From: Candidatus Latescibacterota bacterium
GTDB taxonomy: Bacteria; Latescibacterota; UBA2968
DNA: 64,000 nucleotides
Direction: 5' to 3'
NCBI GenBank assembly: GCA_965204375.1
Contig: OZ241986.1
Location: 3,104,001 to 3,168,000 of the forward strand
Part shown: piece by piece, positions 35,904 through 45,806 of the stretch
How positions within the stretch are numbered: position 1 is the first letter of the stretch
How the letters are laid out: every line of letters starts with the position of its first letter
Position numbers and translations under genes: made by a program
Notes under the pieces: generated by a model
Told to the model about the DNA's origin: nothing
Database searches by the model: none
The model's input: the letters and a program-made list of their open reading frames with translations, nothing else

Positions 35904-38456
35904 CTAATGCTCATGTCCATGCCCGTGATCGTGTAAGGGCGTATGATCGTGATAAATACCGTGCTTATGCATCTGCTGGTGCAAGCGGTTGTGCGCGGCC
36001 TCCAGCGTAGCGCGCATCTGTTTCAGACGCCTCGCCTCGGGTCGCGGTGCGAGCGTATCCAGATAGGCAATTGCCCCCTCAATTTGTTCCAAAACCGTCG
36101 TAGCATCCGCCTGTGAAAAAATGGGCCTTCCCTCCACAACCACCTGCACGGCACTCGTATGTGCGGCAATCTCGCCGTGCTGCCCCTTATAACTCCCGCG
36201 CACCCGCAAGGCAATCCACGTCGAATCCTCCACCCGTACCTCTGCACTCCCCGACGCAGACAGACCCTTATCCACATTCACCTGCTCATGCGTCAGCCCG
36301 CCCACAACGATCTCGACCTGATCAATCGGCAAACGCACCGACGCCACCTCCCACGCCACATTGACCGTCCCGCCAGAAGCGGGCAACTGCACCCGTGAAC
36401 CGGGAGCCATTCCCTCCACCTGAATCTCTGCAAGCGGTCCCACCGTCACAAACGTATGACCCGCTTTTGTCGCCGCCATCCAGTTCTCATAGCTAAACTC
36501 GCGATCTCCCAAATGCGTATAAGTACGCACCCCGCCGAGTTGCGACGCAGCCGCCATCTTATCCGAACCGCCCACAACCGGAATGTGGTACCCCAAATTC
36601 AAATAGCGGTACCAATCGGCAATCCCATAGGGATTGATCTGTGCATTGTGCGGATTAAACGTCATCATCTCCATCGCGTGGATCAGACCCAGCACAATAT
36701 CAGCCGCGCGTTCGCACTGCGGATTTGGGCCGTGCGGCATCACCACCAGCCCCCCCTGATCAATACACTGCTGCGCCCACTCGGCCATCGTGACTTCTTG
36801 CGCGTCGCCCAGCGCGGATTCCGACGGTCCCCCCGAACACAGCGGATGAATCATAAGCCCCGAATAACCCAGCAGCGAAATATGCCCGAGCACCTGCATG
36901 CGATTCTCTGTACCAACGCGCACGAGAAACTCGCCATCCCCACCAAAATCCCGTGCACCAAAAGTCGTCTTACCATCAAAATCCGACACATTGCTGAACA
37001 TTTCACCCCACTGGCTCGCCAGCAAATTCACCACATTCACACCCTCGCCCTCGCCTTCCAGAAGCGCCGTTTGCGGACTCAAAAAATGCACATGCGTATC
37101 GGCTGTCACCCACCCCTTTTGCCGCCACTTGAGCACGCAATCAATCTCAAAAGTAATCACATCAGTATCGGGACCAACCGTAAACTTCTCGCGAATCGGC
37201 GCAATCTCATATCCCTTCTGAATATCGACATACACATCGCCCAAAGGCAGATCTGCCACGCATTCCCCAGGGATATAACAATACTGATTCAACCCATTGA
37301 CATATTCGCCGTAATTATCCTCAAACCAGTGTGGATTCACCTTGCGATGATACCCCTTCGGCGGCAAATACTCCCCTGCCTCGCCGTGCATGTGCAGCCG
37401 CACAGCAACCGGCGTTTCCGTCCCTTTCTCCACCACGCGAATTGCGACCGGACGATGTGCGGATCGCACCTCCACGATCTGCTTTGCATCTGCCAGATCA
37501 TAAGCCTGCGCCTCTCCATCCTCCTCCACACCCACGTAAAGCCTCGCCTGCGGGTGTGCGATATACTCGACAACCACCGCAGAAGAAGACCGCTCGGGCT
37601 GCACATCCACCTCCGCGCTCAACCAGCGTTCCGCATCGTAATCCAGCACAGCCCGCGCCGACATCACCACACCCAGATCGATATCTATATCCTCAAGCTC
37701 GCCATTCCCATTCAACTGCGCGCCCTCGGGCAATTCCAACCTCAATTTTTGGCGCACACCTGGCCGCAACGGATGATCTGCGACCTGCGTATGCGTGATC
37801 CCCAGCACCAGCGACCGTTCGTTCTTAGGGACCAATGTCAGATGCCCAATGGGTTTCTCCGGATTGGGATTGGGCAACGCATAAACCCACAGCTTTATGC
37901 GCCCGCCATCTCGCCCCGAACTGTGCCGCGTCTCGGCGCGACCATAAGCCGAAGCAGGACGACGTCCCAGACCGTGTTCATCCGTTGCACCCATCACAAC
38001 ACCGGGTTTGGCCGCAGGCATCGCAGCAAACGCACTTGCCCCCCACCCAATACGGGACTGTTGAATCGCAAACCGGCGCAAAATGCGCGTCGCCTCAGTC
38101 TCGCCACCTGCATACGCCAGCACGTAATCCGACACATGATCACCCAGTTCATTGCCATCCATAGCAAAATCGGCCAACTCCTCCTGGTAATTACTCACGC
38201 GATTTTCAACCCCGTGAAAAAACACCACATAGCTCGCCTTCACACCGCCCATATCAACGCGCACAGCATCGCGGTCGAGCAATATGCCATTGGGCTCGCC
38301 TGGCGCACCCAGATCAAATGGCATACCCAGAATGGACTGAGAACCATACATCGCGCCCAAATCTTCGCCACCAAACCCATCCAATTGCACGCGATCCACA
38401 TTGTAATTTTCCGCCAGCGAAACAGGCGTAAAATGTTCTGATGGGGGAATATTCAT
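35904..38456 (-). CDS. CehA/McbA family metallohydrolase (PHP-like)
   Basis: WVTADTHVHF, GTENR..LGHISLLG, WYRYLNLG, GGSD, TFVTVGP; His-rich C-terminal tail. Confidence 0.8.
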   Translation of the reverse strand: MNIPPSEHFTPVSLAENYNVDRVQLDGFGGEDLGAMYGSQSILGMPFDLGAPGEPNGILLDRDAVRVDMGGVKASYVVFFHGVENRVSNYQEELADFAMDGNELGDHVSDYVLAYAGGETEATRILRRFAIQQSRIGWGASAFAAMPAAKPGVVMGATDEHGLGRRPASAYGRAETRHSSGRDGGRIKLWVYALPNPNPEKPIGHLTLVPKNERSLVLGITHTQVADHPLRPGVRQKLRLELPEGAQLNGNGELEDIDIDLGVVMSARAVLDYDAERWLSAEVDVQPERSSSAVVVEYIAHPQARLYVGVEEDGEAQAYDLADAKQIVEVRSAHRPVAIRVVEKGTETPVAVRLHMHGEAGEYLPPKGYHRKVNPHWFEDNYGEYVNGLNQYCYIPGECVADLPLGDVYVDIQKGYEIAPIREKFTVGPDTDVITFEIDCVLKWRQKGWVTADTHVHFLSPQTALLEGEGEGVNVVNLLASQWGEMFSNVSDFDGKTTFGARDFGGDGEFLVRVGTENRMQVLGHISLLGYSGLMIHPLCSGGPSESALGDAQEVTMAEWAQQCIDQGGLVVMPHGPNPQCERAADIVLGLIHAMEMMTFNPHNAQINPYGIADWYRYLNLGYHIPVVGGSDKMAAASQLGGVRTYTHLGDREFSYENWMAATKAGHTFVTVGPLAEIQVEGMAPGSRVQLPASGGTVNVAWEVASVRLPIDQVEIVVGGLTHEQVNVDKGLSASGSAEVRVEDSTWIALRVRGSYKGQHGEIAAHTSAVQVVVEGRPIFSQADATTVLEQIEGAIAYLDTLAPRPEARRLKQMRATLEAAHNRLHQQMHKHGIYHDHTPLHDHGHGHEH

Positions 38457-38468
38457 AATGCACCTCGT

Positions 38469-40337
38469 CTATAAAAAATACCGCTCATTTTTCACCATCA
38501 CCTCAAACTCCTCTCTCGCCTTCTGCACCTCTTCCACCGTTGAAACCTCGGCAACCGGCACATCCCACCAGCTCTCGTACCCCGGCACGCGTACCTCGCG
38601 ATCTACCTCCACCGCAATCACCGTCGTGCGATCTATAGTTCGCGCCTCTTCAATCGCCCTCATCAACCCTTCTTTGCCTTCGGGCCGCAATACCTGAGCA
38701 CCCAAACTCTCGGCATTTGTCGCCAAATCGGTCGGCACATTCTCGCCATCCAATTGCCCGGTCTGCTCATCGCGCATCCTGTACTCCGTCCCAAACTCAT
38801 GCGCGCCCACAGCCTCTGACAACCCCCCGATACTCGCGAAACCGTGATTATCCAGCAACACAATATTCAGCTTAATCCCCTCCTGCACCGCCGTCGCAAT
38901 CTCCTGCGCCATCATCAAATACGACCCATCCCCAACCATCACATACACCTCCCGGGAGGGATCGGCCATCTTAATGCCCAAACCTCCGGCAATCTCGTAT
39001 CCCATGCACGAATATCCATACTCGAGGTGATATCCCTTGGGATTGCGCGTTCGCCACAACTTGTGAAGATCGCCCGGCATACTGCCCGCCGCACAAATCA
39101 TAACATCCTCTGGCGCCGAACCTTCATTCACCGCACCAATCACTTCACCCTGGCTCAAAACGGGCCGATGCCCCAAATTGTAAATGCGATCCACCTCGGA
39201 TTCCCACGCCTCCCGAAAAGCGGCAACCCGCTGTGTCAAATCCCCCGACACGCGATACCCCTGCACCGCTTCTGCAAGTTCCTCCAACACCACCCGCGCA
39301 TCGCCCACCAGCGGCAGTGCCCCGTGTTTGGCCGCATCAAATTCTGCCACATTAATCGCGATAAATTTCACATCCGGATTTTGAAACGCCGTCTTTGAAG
39401 CCGTCGTAAAATCGCTCAACCGCGTACCAATAGCGATCACCAGATCCGCTTCCCGCGCGACAATATTCGCCCCCGGTGTACCCGTCACACCCACCGCACC
39501 CAGATTATTGGCGTGGTCGTAATTAAGCGACCCCTTGCCCGCCTGTGTCTCGCCCACTGGAATACCCGTCTGCTCGACAAATGCCGCCAGCGCATCTGTC
39601 GCCTCGCTGTACAACACCCCCCCGCCCGCAATCACCACAGGTTGCACACTCGCCCTAATCCACGCCGCAGCTTTTGACACCAGATCGCGATCCGGCCGGT
39701 TGCGCGGCACCACCCACACCCGTTTTTCAAACAACGCTTCGGGATAATCAAACGCCTCTGTCTGTGTATCCTGCGGACAACACAGCGTCACAGCACCCGT
39801 CTCAACAGGCGAAGTCAAAACCCGCATCGCCTCGGGCAATGCCAAAATTGCCTGATCTGCCCGATTCAACCGATCCCAGTACCGCGACACCGGCTTAAAA
39901 CAATCGTTCACAGAAATATCCTGCGACGCATTGGACTCCAACTGCTGCAACACAGGCGCCACATTTCGCCGCGCAAAAATATCACCCGGCAGCAGCAACA
40001 CCGGCAAACGATTAATTGTCGCCGTCGCCGCGCCCGTCACCATATTCGTCGCCCCCGGTCCAATCGACGTCGTACACGCCAGCGTACCCAACCGATTCTT
40101 CATCTTGGCATAAGCCGCAGCCGTATGCACCATCGCCTGTTCATTGCGCGTCTGGTAATACCGAAACTCATCGCGATACTCGTGCAGCGCCTGACCGATC
40201 CCCGCCACATTCCCATGCCCAAAAATACCCGACATCCCCGCAAAAAAGGGTTGTTCACCCCCATCGCGCGAAACGTACTGCGCTTTCAAAAACTGAACAA
40301 TCGCCTGTGCCATTGTCAATCGTCGCGTCTTTGCCAT
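38469..40337 (-). CDS. iolD: 3D-(3,5/4)-trihydroxycyclohexane-1,2-dione acylhydrolase
   Basis: RLTMAQA, IFGHGNVAGIGQAL, RNEQAMVH, AAGSMPGDLHKLW, YHLEYGYSCMGYEIAG, VGDGSYLM, WWDVPVAEVS. Confidence 0.95.
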   Translation of the reverse strand: MAKTRRLTMAQAIVQFLKAQYVSRDGGEQPFFAGMSGIFGHGNVAGIGQALHEYRDEFRYYQTRNEQAMVHTAAAYAKMKNRLGTLACTTSIGPGATNMVTGAATATINRLPVLLLPGDIFARRNVAPVLQQLESNASQDISVNDCFKPVSRYWDRLNRADQAILALPEAMRVLTSPVETGAVTLCCPQDTQTEAFDYPEALFEKRVWVVPRNRPDRDLVSKAAAWIRASVQPVVIAGGGVLYSEATDALAAFVEQTGIPVGETQAGKGSLNYDHANNLGAVGVTGTPGANIVAREADLVIAIGTRLSDFTTASKTAFQNPDVKFIAINVAEFDAAKHGALPLVGDARVVLEELAEAVQGYRVSGDLTQRVAAFREAWESEVDRIYNLGHRPVLSQGEVIGAVNEGSAPEDVMICAAGSMPGDLHKLWRTRNPKGYHLEYGYSCMGYEIAGGLGIKMADPSREVYVMVGDGSYLMMAQEIATAVQEGIKLNIVLLDNHGFASIGGLSEAVGAHEFGTEYRMRDEQTGQLDGENVPTDLATNAESLGAQVLRPEGKEGLMRAIEEARTIDRTTVIAVEVDREVRVPGYESWWDVPVAEVSTVEEVQKAREEFEVMVKNERYFL

Positions 40338-40338
40338 A

Positions 40339-41118
40339 TTATCCCTCGTCTATTCGCACATCCAGCCGATCATGCACACCAGGAGGCTCCAAAATCCGCT
40401 TCTGTCGCTCAGTCAACCCCTCATAAGCCGAACAATCGTACCCCTTTGGCGCAGAAATCAAATGTCCCGGACCGTATTTGTAAAGCAACACCCTGCGCTC
40501 GTGGTCTGCCCGCCACGGCAACGTACCGTGTACCAGAGCCTCCGTAAAAAAAATCGCATCCCCCGCCTTTGCCTCTGGCTGGACAACATAGTGCGGAACC
40601 CGCTCAAACCGCTGCACATCGCGCGGCAAATCCATCCTGAAATTGCTCTTGTGGCTGCCCCGCACACAGGCAAATCCCCCATCTCCCGCATCTGCATCCG
40701 ACAACACATACGTCAACACCGACAAACCACACTGCATCACGCCATCTCGATATCTGTAATAATGGTGAAACAAATTCGGCTGCCCGCCGTGCAAACTACC
40801 TCGCTTCCCATTCTTCAGCATAAAAATGGCATAATCGTGATCCAGGCGGAACTTCGGTCCCAGAAATTCAATCAGATAAGGCAACACTTTGGGATGATCG
40901 ATTAAATCCCGACACGCCACATCCCAATCCACAATACTCGGCGCGCGACGCACACCTATGGCATTGCCAAATTCATCATCTGCTTCCACATCCCCGTAAT
41001 CCCTGGGAAATTCTCGATCCGCCACTGCATTGAGCACATCCAATTCCTCCTGACTCAACACATCTTTAATCACCAGATACCCGTCGAGATCAAACATAAA
41101 CTTTTCTTCTGGGGTCAT
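40339..41118 (-). CDS. Phytanoyl-CoA dioxygenase family
   Basis: FDLDGYL, FRLDH, LHGG, GSHKSN, AGDAIFFTEALVHGT. Confidence 0.88.
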   Translation of the reverse strand: MTPEEKFMFDLDGYLVIKDVLSQEELDVLNAVADREFPRDYGDVEADDEFGNAIGVRRAPSIVDWDVACRDLIDHPKVLPYLIEFLGPKFRLDHDYAIFMLKNGKRGSLHGGQPNLFHHYYRYRDGVMQCGLSVLTYVLSDADAGDGGFACVRGSHKSNFRMDLPRDVQRFERVPHYVVQPEAKAGDAIFFTEALVHGTLPWRADHERRVLLYKYGPGHLISAPKGYDCSAYEGLTERQKRILEPPGVHDRLDVRIDEG

Positions 41119-41129
41119 ATTGCACTCTC

Positions 41130-42266
41130 CTATCGATAGGGCAATGGCCTGGGATCGAGCCATTCTACAACTCGATCTTTAATCGCCCATGCAAAAAAGA
41201 AATTTCCGCGCGGCGTGTGATGCCCAATATAATACGGTTCCAAAAACGCCTGCACATCCCCCCGATATGTCGCGTACTCCTCCCGAAAAGCATCGCGCAA
41301 ATCGATCACAGGCACATCCTTTGTCGCCAACCAATCCAAAAACGTCTGGTCAAAAAGCGGCTCGCCTTCTAATGCCCGAGCTATATTACTCGAACCGAAC
41401 GACAAAATAACCAGCAGCTTTTTCCCTTTGGTCTTTGTAAAAGCCTCGGCCTTTTCAATCACAAACCGCGTCGCAAACAAAGCCGCCTCGGTATGCAAGC
41501 TATAAACCTCGGCATCCGATCCTGCATTCTCGAGTTCTCCCCCCATACTCTGCGCCATAGCCGACGCATCTTCCACGCTACCTTTGCGCGCCATAGCCGC
41601 ATGCAAAATCGGATCATCGCCAAAGGTCTCCCACACCCAATCCGCATCGCATAGTCGATAGAGTTCCTCGGGCGTCTTGCACAAGTTCTCGCGCTCTTCC
41701 ACAGTTCCACTTTCCAGATTCACGCGCAAATGCGGCAGCGTAAACCGACCCTGCCGTCCCATCCGAATGGACCGCCACGCGTCCAAATTGCGAAAGTGAT
41801 CGTCGTCCCACACATTCAAAATCACGTACTCGGCGGGATACTCCCTCTCCACAATCAACATTCGCCGATACGCCTGATACACACTGTGCCCGCCAATGCC
41901 ATAATTGCGAATGGGCTCCAGCAAATGCGCCGCCAAATACTCCTGCCACGTCTCCCCATTGCTCACCTGATCGCAATGCGTAAAGCTATTCCCATACGTA
42001 TGAATGCGACACGGGCGCTCCGCATAATTCACCACCTGCCGCGCACCGTCTTTCTCATAAGCGTAAAACCCGCGCGAATCATCCACACCACCCCCGCGAA
42101 ACCCATCGCAAACCACCCATCCGATCTCCGGATCAAACGCCGACTGTGCATTATTGCACATAATCTGCGCCAACTCCGCCGGCACATCTGCCTTCGCAGG
42201 CGTCACAAAATGATCCACCATCTCGCGCGTCGGCATAATCGACTCTAAATATTCGCGTCCTGTCAT
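41130..42266 (-). CDS. Hypothetical SGNH/GDSL-like protein
   Basis: YGNSFTH, NYGIGG, GHHTPRGN resemble SGNH blocks. Confidence 0.6.
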   Translation of the reverse strand: MTGREYLESIMPTREMVDHFVTPAKADVPAELAQIMCNNAQSAFDPEIGWVVCDGFRGGGVDDSRGFYAYEKDGARQVVNYAERPCRIHTYGNSFTHCDQVSNGETWQEYLAAHLLEPIRNYGIGGHSVYQAYRRMLIVEREYPAEYVILNVWDDDHFRNLDAWRSIRMGRQGRFTLPHLRVNLESGTVEERENLCKTPEELYRLCDADWVWETFGDDPILHAAMARKGSVEDASAMAQSMGGELENAGSDAEVYSLHTEAALFATRFVIEKAEAFTKTKGKKLLVILSFGSSNIARALEGEPLFDQTFLDWLATKDVPVIDLRDAFREEYATYRGDVQAFLEPYYIGHHTPRGNFFFAWAIKDRVVEWLDPRPLPYR

Positions 42267-42286
42267 TGCTATATCCTCGTATCTTC

Positions 42287-42341
42287 GGGCGGGCACAGGA
42301 GCCTGCCCCGTAGTGCCTTTATACGGGGGCACCGCCCCTAC
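42287..42341. repeat. Two degenerate GTAG-family REP-like units
   Basis: GGGCGGGCACAGGAGCCTGCCCC and ACGGGGGCACCGCCCCTAC (reverse complement begins GTAGGGGC). Confidence 0.6.
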
Positions 42342-42347
42342 ATCTCA

Positions 42348-42385
42348 CGCCTTTCATCTGTGTGCATCTGCGTGCATCTGCGGAT
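42348..42385. repeat. Decamer tandem element (ATCTGCGTNN), copy 1
   Basis: 34/38 identical to 63290-63327. Confidence 0.88.
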
Positions 42386-42869
42386 CGTCTCGCTTTCTGA
42401 TCAGCCGCGCCGGTGTGCCTCCAACCACCGAATACGGTTCCACATCGCGCGTCACAACCGCGCCCGCCCCCACAATACTGTGCGCGCCAATACGCACCCC
42501 GCCAATAACCACGGCATTGGCACCAAACCACACGTCATCCTCTACGACAATCTCCCGCTTTTGCACCCTTTGTTTCACCATCGGAATATCGATTCGGTCG
42601 TACCCATGTCCCACACTCGCAAAAACCACATGTGCCGCCACCGCCACATAATTGCCAATAATCAAAGGCCCGTACAATACACTGTACGGCGCGAAATGCG
42701 TATGGCTACCAATATCGATCCACGCGCCACAGGGATTCACAAACACCCCATTGTGAAACGCCACATCATCGCCAATACGCACCAATTCTGGATGCCGAAT
42801 ATCGACCAGCGGATCAAAGTGAACCGACTCCCCAATCGCCTTAAATGCCGATCTGTCTATCTCAAACAT
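42354..42869 (-). CDS. Hexapeptide-repeat (LbH) acyltransferase
   Basis: IVVEDDVWFGANAVVIGGVRIGAHSIVGAGAVVTRDVEPYSVVGGTPARLI. Confidence 0.92.
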   Translation of the reverse strand: MFEIDRSAFKAIGESVHFDPLVDIRHPELVRIGDDVAFHNGVFVNPCGAWIDIGSHTHFAPYSVLYGPLIIGNYVAVAAHVVFASVGHGYDRIDIPMVKQRVQKREIVVEDDVWFGANAVVIGGVRIGAHSIVGAGAVVTRDVEPYSVVGGTPARLIRKRDDPQMHADAHR

Positions 42870-43085
42870 AAGAATTCCCCTCCGCACACAGATTAATCAA
42901 TTACAGGACGTGATGCAATGGTATTTGCCCCTGCAAAGCCCGGCTGAAATTCACCGCTACCTTCTCTTTAAAAGTTTTTCATACCACCTACTATTATCGG
43001 ATAATCTCTGTTGTCTAAGGAAGGTTGCCTACCTATATTTTGACATTGTCACGCCCCCATATCACAATAATTACACGAGGTTTTT

Positions 43086-45743
43086 ATGAAGTTCCTGATG
43101 TTTTTGTTTTTCGCGCCTGCAACCCTGTCTGCCGCTGTGCTCAGCGGCCAGGTGCTCGATGAGAAAACCGGGGAATCGCTGTTCGGCGCAAATGTTTATT
43201 TGGAAACACACGCGGTAGGAACAGCCACAGACCTCGATGGAAATTTCGCGATTCCCAATGTCAGCGACGGTAGCCACACGCTCGTCATTAGCTTTGTGGG
43301 ATATAAGGAATATCGCAATACCATCACAGTAAAAGAGGGGATGGGTGCATTGGTTGTGGTGCTAACGCCCGAAGCCATGCAGTTTGAAGAGGTCGTTGTG
43401 AGCGCGCCACGCGCCAAATTGCGCGAAACACCCATTGCGTTCTCCGATGTGCCAAAATCCGATATAGATCGCAAACTCGGCTCTCGCAGTCTGCCGATGC
43501 TTTTGAACGATACACCGGGCGTTTATGCGACCGAGCAAGGCGGTGGCGATGGCGATTCACGCATCAATGTGCGGGGATTTGACCAGCGCAACATCGCAGT
43601 CATGGTCAATGGCGTGCCAGTCAATAACATGGAAACCGGGTGGGTCTATTGGGTTGACTGGGATGTTCTCAGCGATGTGACATCGTCCATACAGGTGCAA
43701 CGCGGATTGGGCGCCTCAAATTTGGCGATAGCCTCGGTGGGGGGCACGCTGAATATTATTACCGATGCCGCCCGTCAACAGCGTGGGTTTAAGATCAAAC
43801 AGGAGGCCGCGACCAGTGCCTATTATAAAACCACGGTCAATTTTTCATCGGGCTTACTCAATGAAAAAAACGCGCTGAGCGTGGGCATTTCACGCAAAGT
43901 TGGCAATGGCATACCCGATCAAACGTGGACAGAAGGGTGGGCGTATTTCGGAGCGTTGAGCTTTTTGGCCTCTGAAACACACAAATTCGAGTTGTTTGTC
44001 GTGGGTACGCCGCAACGCCACGGGCACCGCCTGTACAAGCAGTCCATTGGCACTTTTGATACCGATTATGCGCGGTCTTTGGGCGCAGGCGCAACAGATG
44101 CGAAAAATTACGGAATCAATTACAACCCCAACTGGGGATATTCGCCGTTTTCATCTTACCGGGAATTTTTTAATGGCAAGGTGCGCGACGCGCGCGACAA
44201 CGCGATCATTATGGAACACGAGAACTACTATCACAAAACACAAGCCAATTTGAACTGGTATTGGACACCCCACGATCGGTTTGTTTTGTCCAATGTCTTT
44301 TATTGGGCGCGCGGCAAAGGCGGAGGCCTGGGACGCCTGGGCGTCAATCCGGGAACCAGGGCAGACGGCAGCATCGACTGGCAACACGCAGTGGACGAGT
44401 TGAACACGGAACCCGCATCACGAGCCAATCCCGACCTGGTACTTGCAGGCGAGGTCGGAGCCTTTGAGATTGCGGCGAAGACCATTATGCGAAACACGGG
44501 CAGCCTACAATACTATTACGGATATTTGGGCACGGGCGAATACGCGCTAACTCCTGCCTATAAGCTCGCCTTTGGCGTTGATTTGCGCGGCTATGAGGGG
44601 CAGCACTGGCGCGAAGTGCGAAATTTGATAGGAGCAGATTATTACGTTTTTACGGGAGACAGCAATGCCGCGACTTCTGTTAAACGCCTTGGAGACAAGA
44701 TCGCATATCACACCGATGGTCTGACGCGCTGGGGAGGCGGATTTATTCAACTCGAAAGGCAGGTGAACGACTTTACGGCATTTTTGAGCACATCGGCATC
44801 CATAACAGCTTATAAGCGCATCGACTATTTCCGCGCCAGGGTCAATGGGGAATGGGATCAGACAGATTGGAAAAGCTTTGGAGGCTATACGCTCAAGGCG
44901 GGGGGCAATTACAATATAACCCCTACGGTCAATGTGTATGCCAATATGGGCTGGCTTTCAACAGCCCCCAAATTTGGATCGGTTTATCACTACGACAACA
45001 GCCTCTACGATCCCACCTTCAATGAAAAAGTAGCGTCTTTTGAGTTAGGCGCAGGCTATCTCAAACGCGGGGTGATAACCGGAAACGCAAACTTTTATTA
45101 TACCAAATGGATCGACCGCTCGTGGCCCAAGAGTGTTTACAGCGCAAAGCTCGATCAGAACTTCCGGTTTTTGCTCAGCGGCATTGACGCGCGGCACACA
45201 GGCATAGAGTTCGACTTCAAGGCGCGCCCCCATCCCAGGCTGGAAGTGCGCAGCATGGTCTCACTCGGCAACTGGGAATGGCTCAACGATGCGCGCGCCA
45301 CATTTTTCCCCGAAGAAGATCCATTGATTGCAGACACGTTTCAAGTCTATGCCCATGGATTGAAGGTAGGCGACTCGGCGCAAAAAACCCTTGCGCTGAG
45401 CAGTACGGTATTTCCCATGCGCGGGATTTACACCACGCTGAGTTTGAGGCGATTTATGGATCACTACGCCAAATTCGATCCCGCCAACCGAACAGATCCC
45501 AATGACCGCCAGCAATCGTGGAAGGTGCCAAATTACAATTTGGCTGATCTCCACGCGGGTTACATCCTGCCCGCCAATACATTTGGCAATGGCAAAGTAA
45601 AACTGCAATTGCACATCTTCAATTTGTTCGACGCGCGCTATATTTCCGATGCAGACGATGGCGACAACCACGACGCCTCAACCGCGCTCGTCTTCCTCGG
45701 TCTGCCCCGCCGCTGGAATATTTCGTTATCCTACGATTATTAG
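43086..45743 (+). CDS. TonB-dependent receptor with an N-terminal CarboxypepD_reg-like domain
   Basis: Signal peptide, GQVLDEKTGESLFGANV, plug (RINVRGFDQ, NGVPVN, IQVQRGLG, GGTLNIIT), FNLFD, terminal aromatic residue. Confidence 0.93.
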   Translation: MKFLMFLFFAPATLSAAVLSGQVLDEKTGESLFGANVYLETHAVGTATDLDGNFAIPNVSDGSHTLVISFVGYKEYRNTITVKEGMGALVVVLTPEAMQFEEVVVSAPRAKLRETPIAFSDVPKSDIDRKLGSRSLPMLLNDTPGVYATEQGGGDGDSRINVRGFDQRNIAVMVNGVPVNNMETGWVYWVDWDVLSDVTSSIQVQRGLGASNLAIASVGGTLNIITDAARQQRGFKIKQEAATSAYYKTTVNFSSGLLNEKNALSVGISRKVGNGIPDQTWTEGWAYFGALSFLASETHKFELFVVGTPQRHGHRLYKQSIGTFDTDYARSLGAGATDAKNYGINYNPNWGYSPFSSYREFFNGKVRDARDNAIIMEHENYYHKTQANLNWYWTPHDRFVLSNVFYWARGKGGGLGRLGVNPGTRADGSIDWQHAVDELNTEPASRANPDLVLAGEVGAFEIAAKTIMRNTGSLQYYYGYLGTGEYALTPAYKLAFGVDLRGYEGQHWREVRNLIGADYYVFTGDSNAATSVKRLGDKIAYHTDGLTRWGGGFIQLERQVNDFTAFLSTSASITAYKRIDYFRARVNGEWDQTDWKSFGGYTLKAGGNYNITPTVNVYANMGWLSTAPKFGSVYHYDNSLYDPTFNEKVASFELGAGYLKRGVITGNANFYYTKWIDRSWPKSVYSAKLDQNFRFLLSGIDARHTGIEFDFKARPHPRLEVRSMVSLGNWEWLNDARATFFPEEDPLIADTFQVYAHGLKVGDSAQKTLALSSTVFPMRGIYTTLSLRRFMDHYAKFDPANRTDPNDRQQSWKVPNYNLADLHAGYILPANTFGNGKVKLQLHIFNLFDARYISDADDGDNHDASTALVFLGLPRRWNISLSYDY

Positions 45744-45806
45744 GAGAACATTGGCGAAAATCCCACTGAACCTGACCCGTTTTACCGGCAACCGTGCCCA
45801 ACAGTT

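Noticed and set aside
36456-38441. 661-aa plus-strand ORF
   Set aside because: Antisense shadow of the CehA/McbA gene, consistent with codon bias, with no motifs.
42890-43085. Riboswitch (cobalamin/TPP) before the TonB receptor
   Set aside because: No recognisable conserved boxes or stems.
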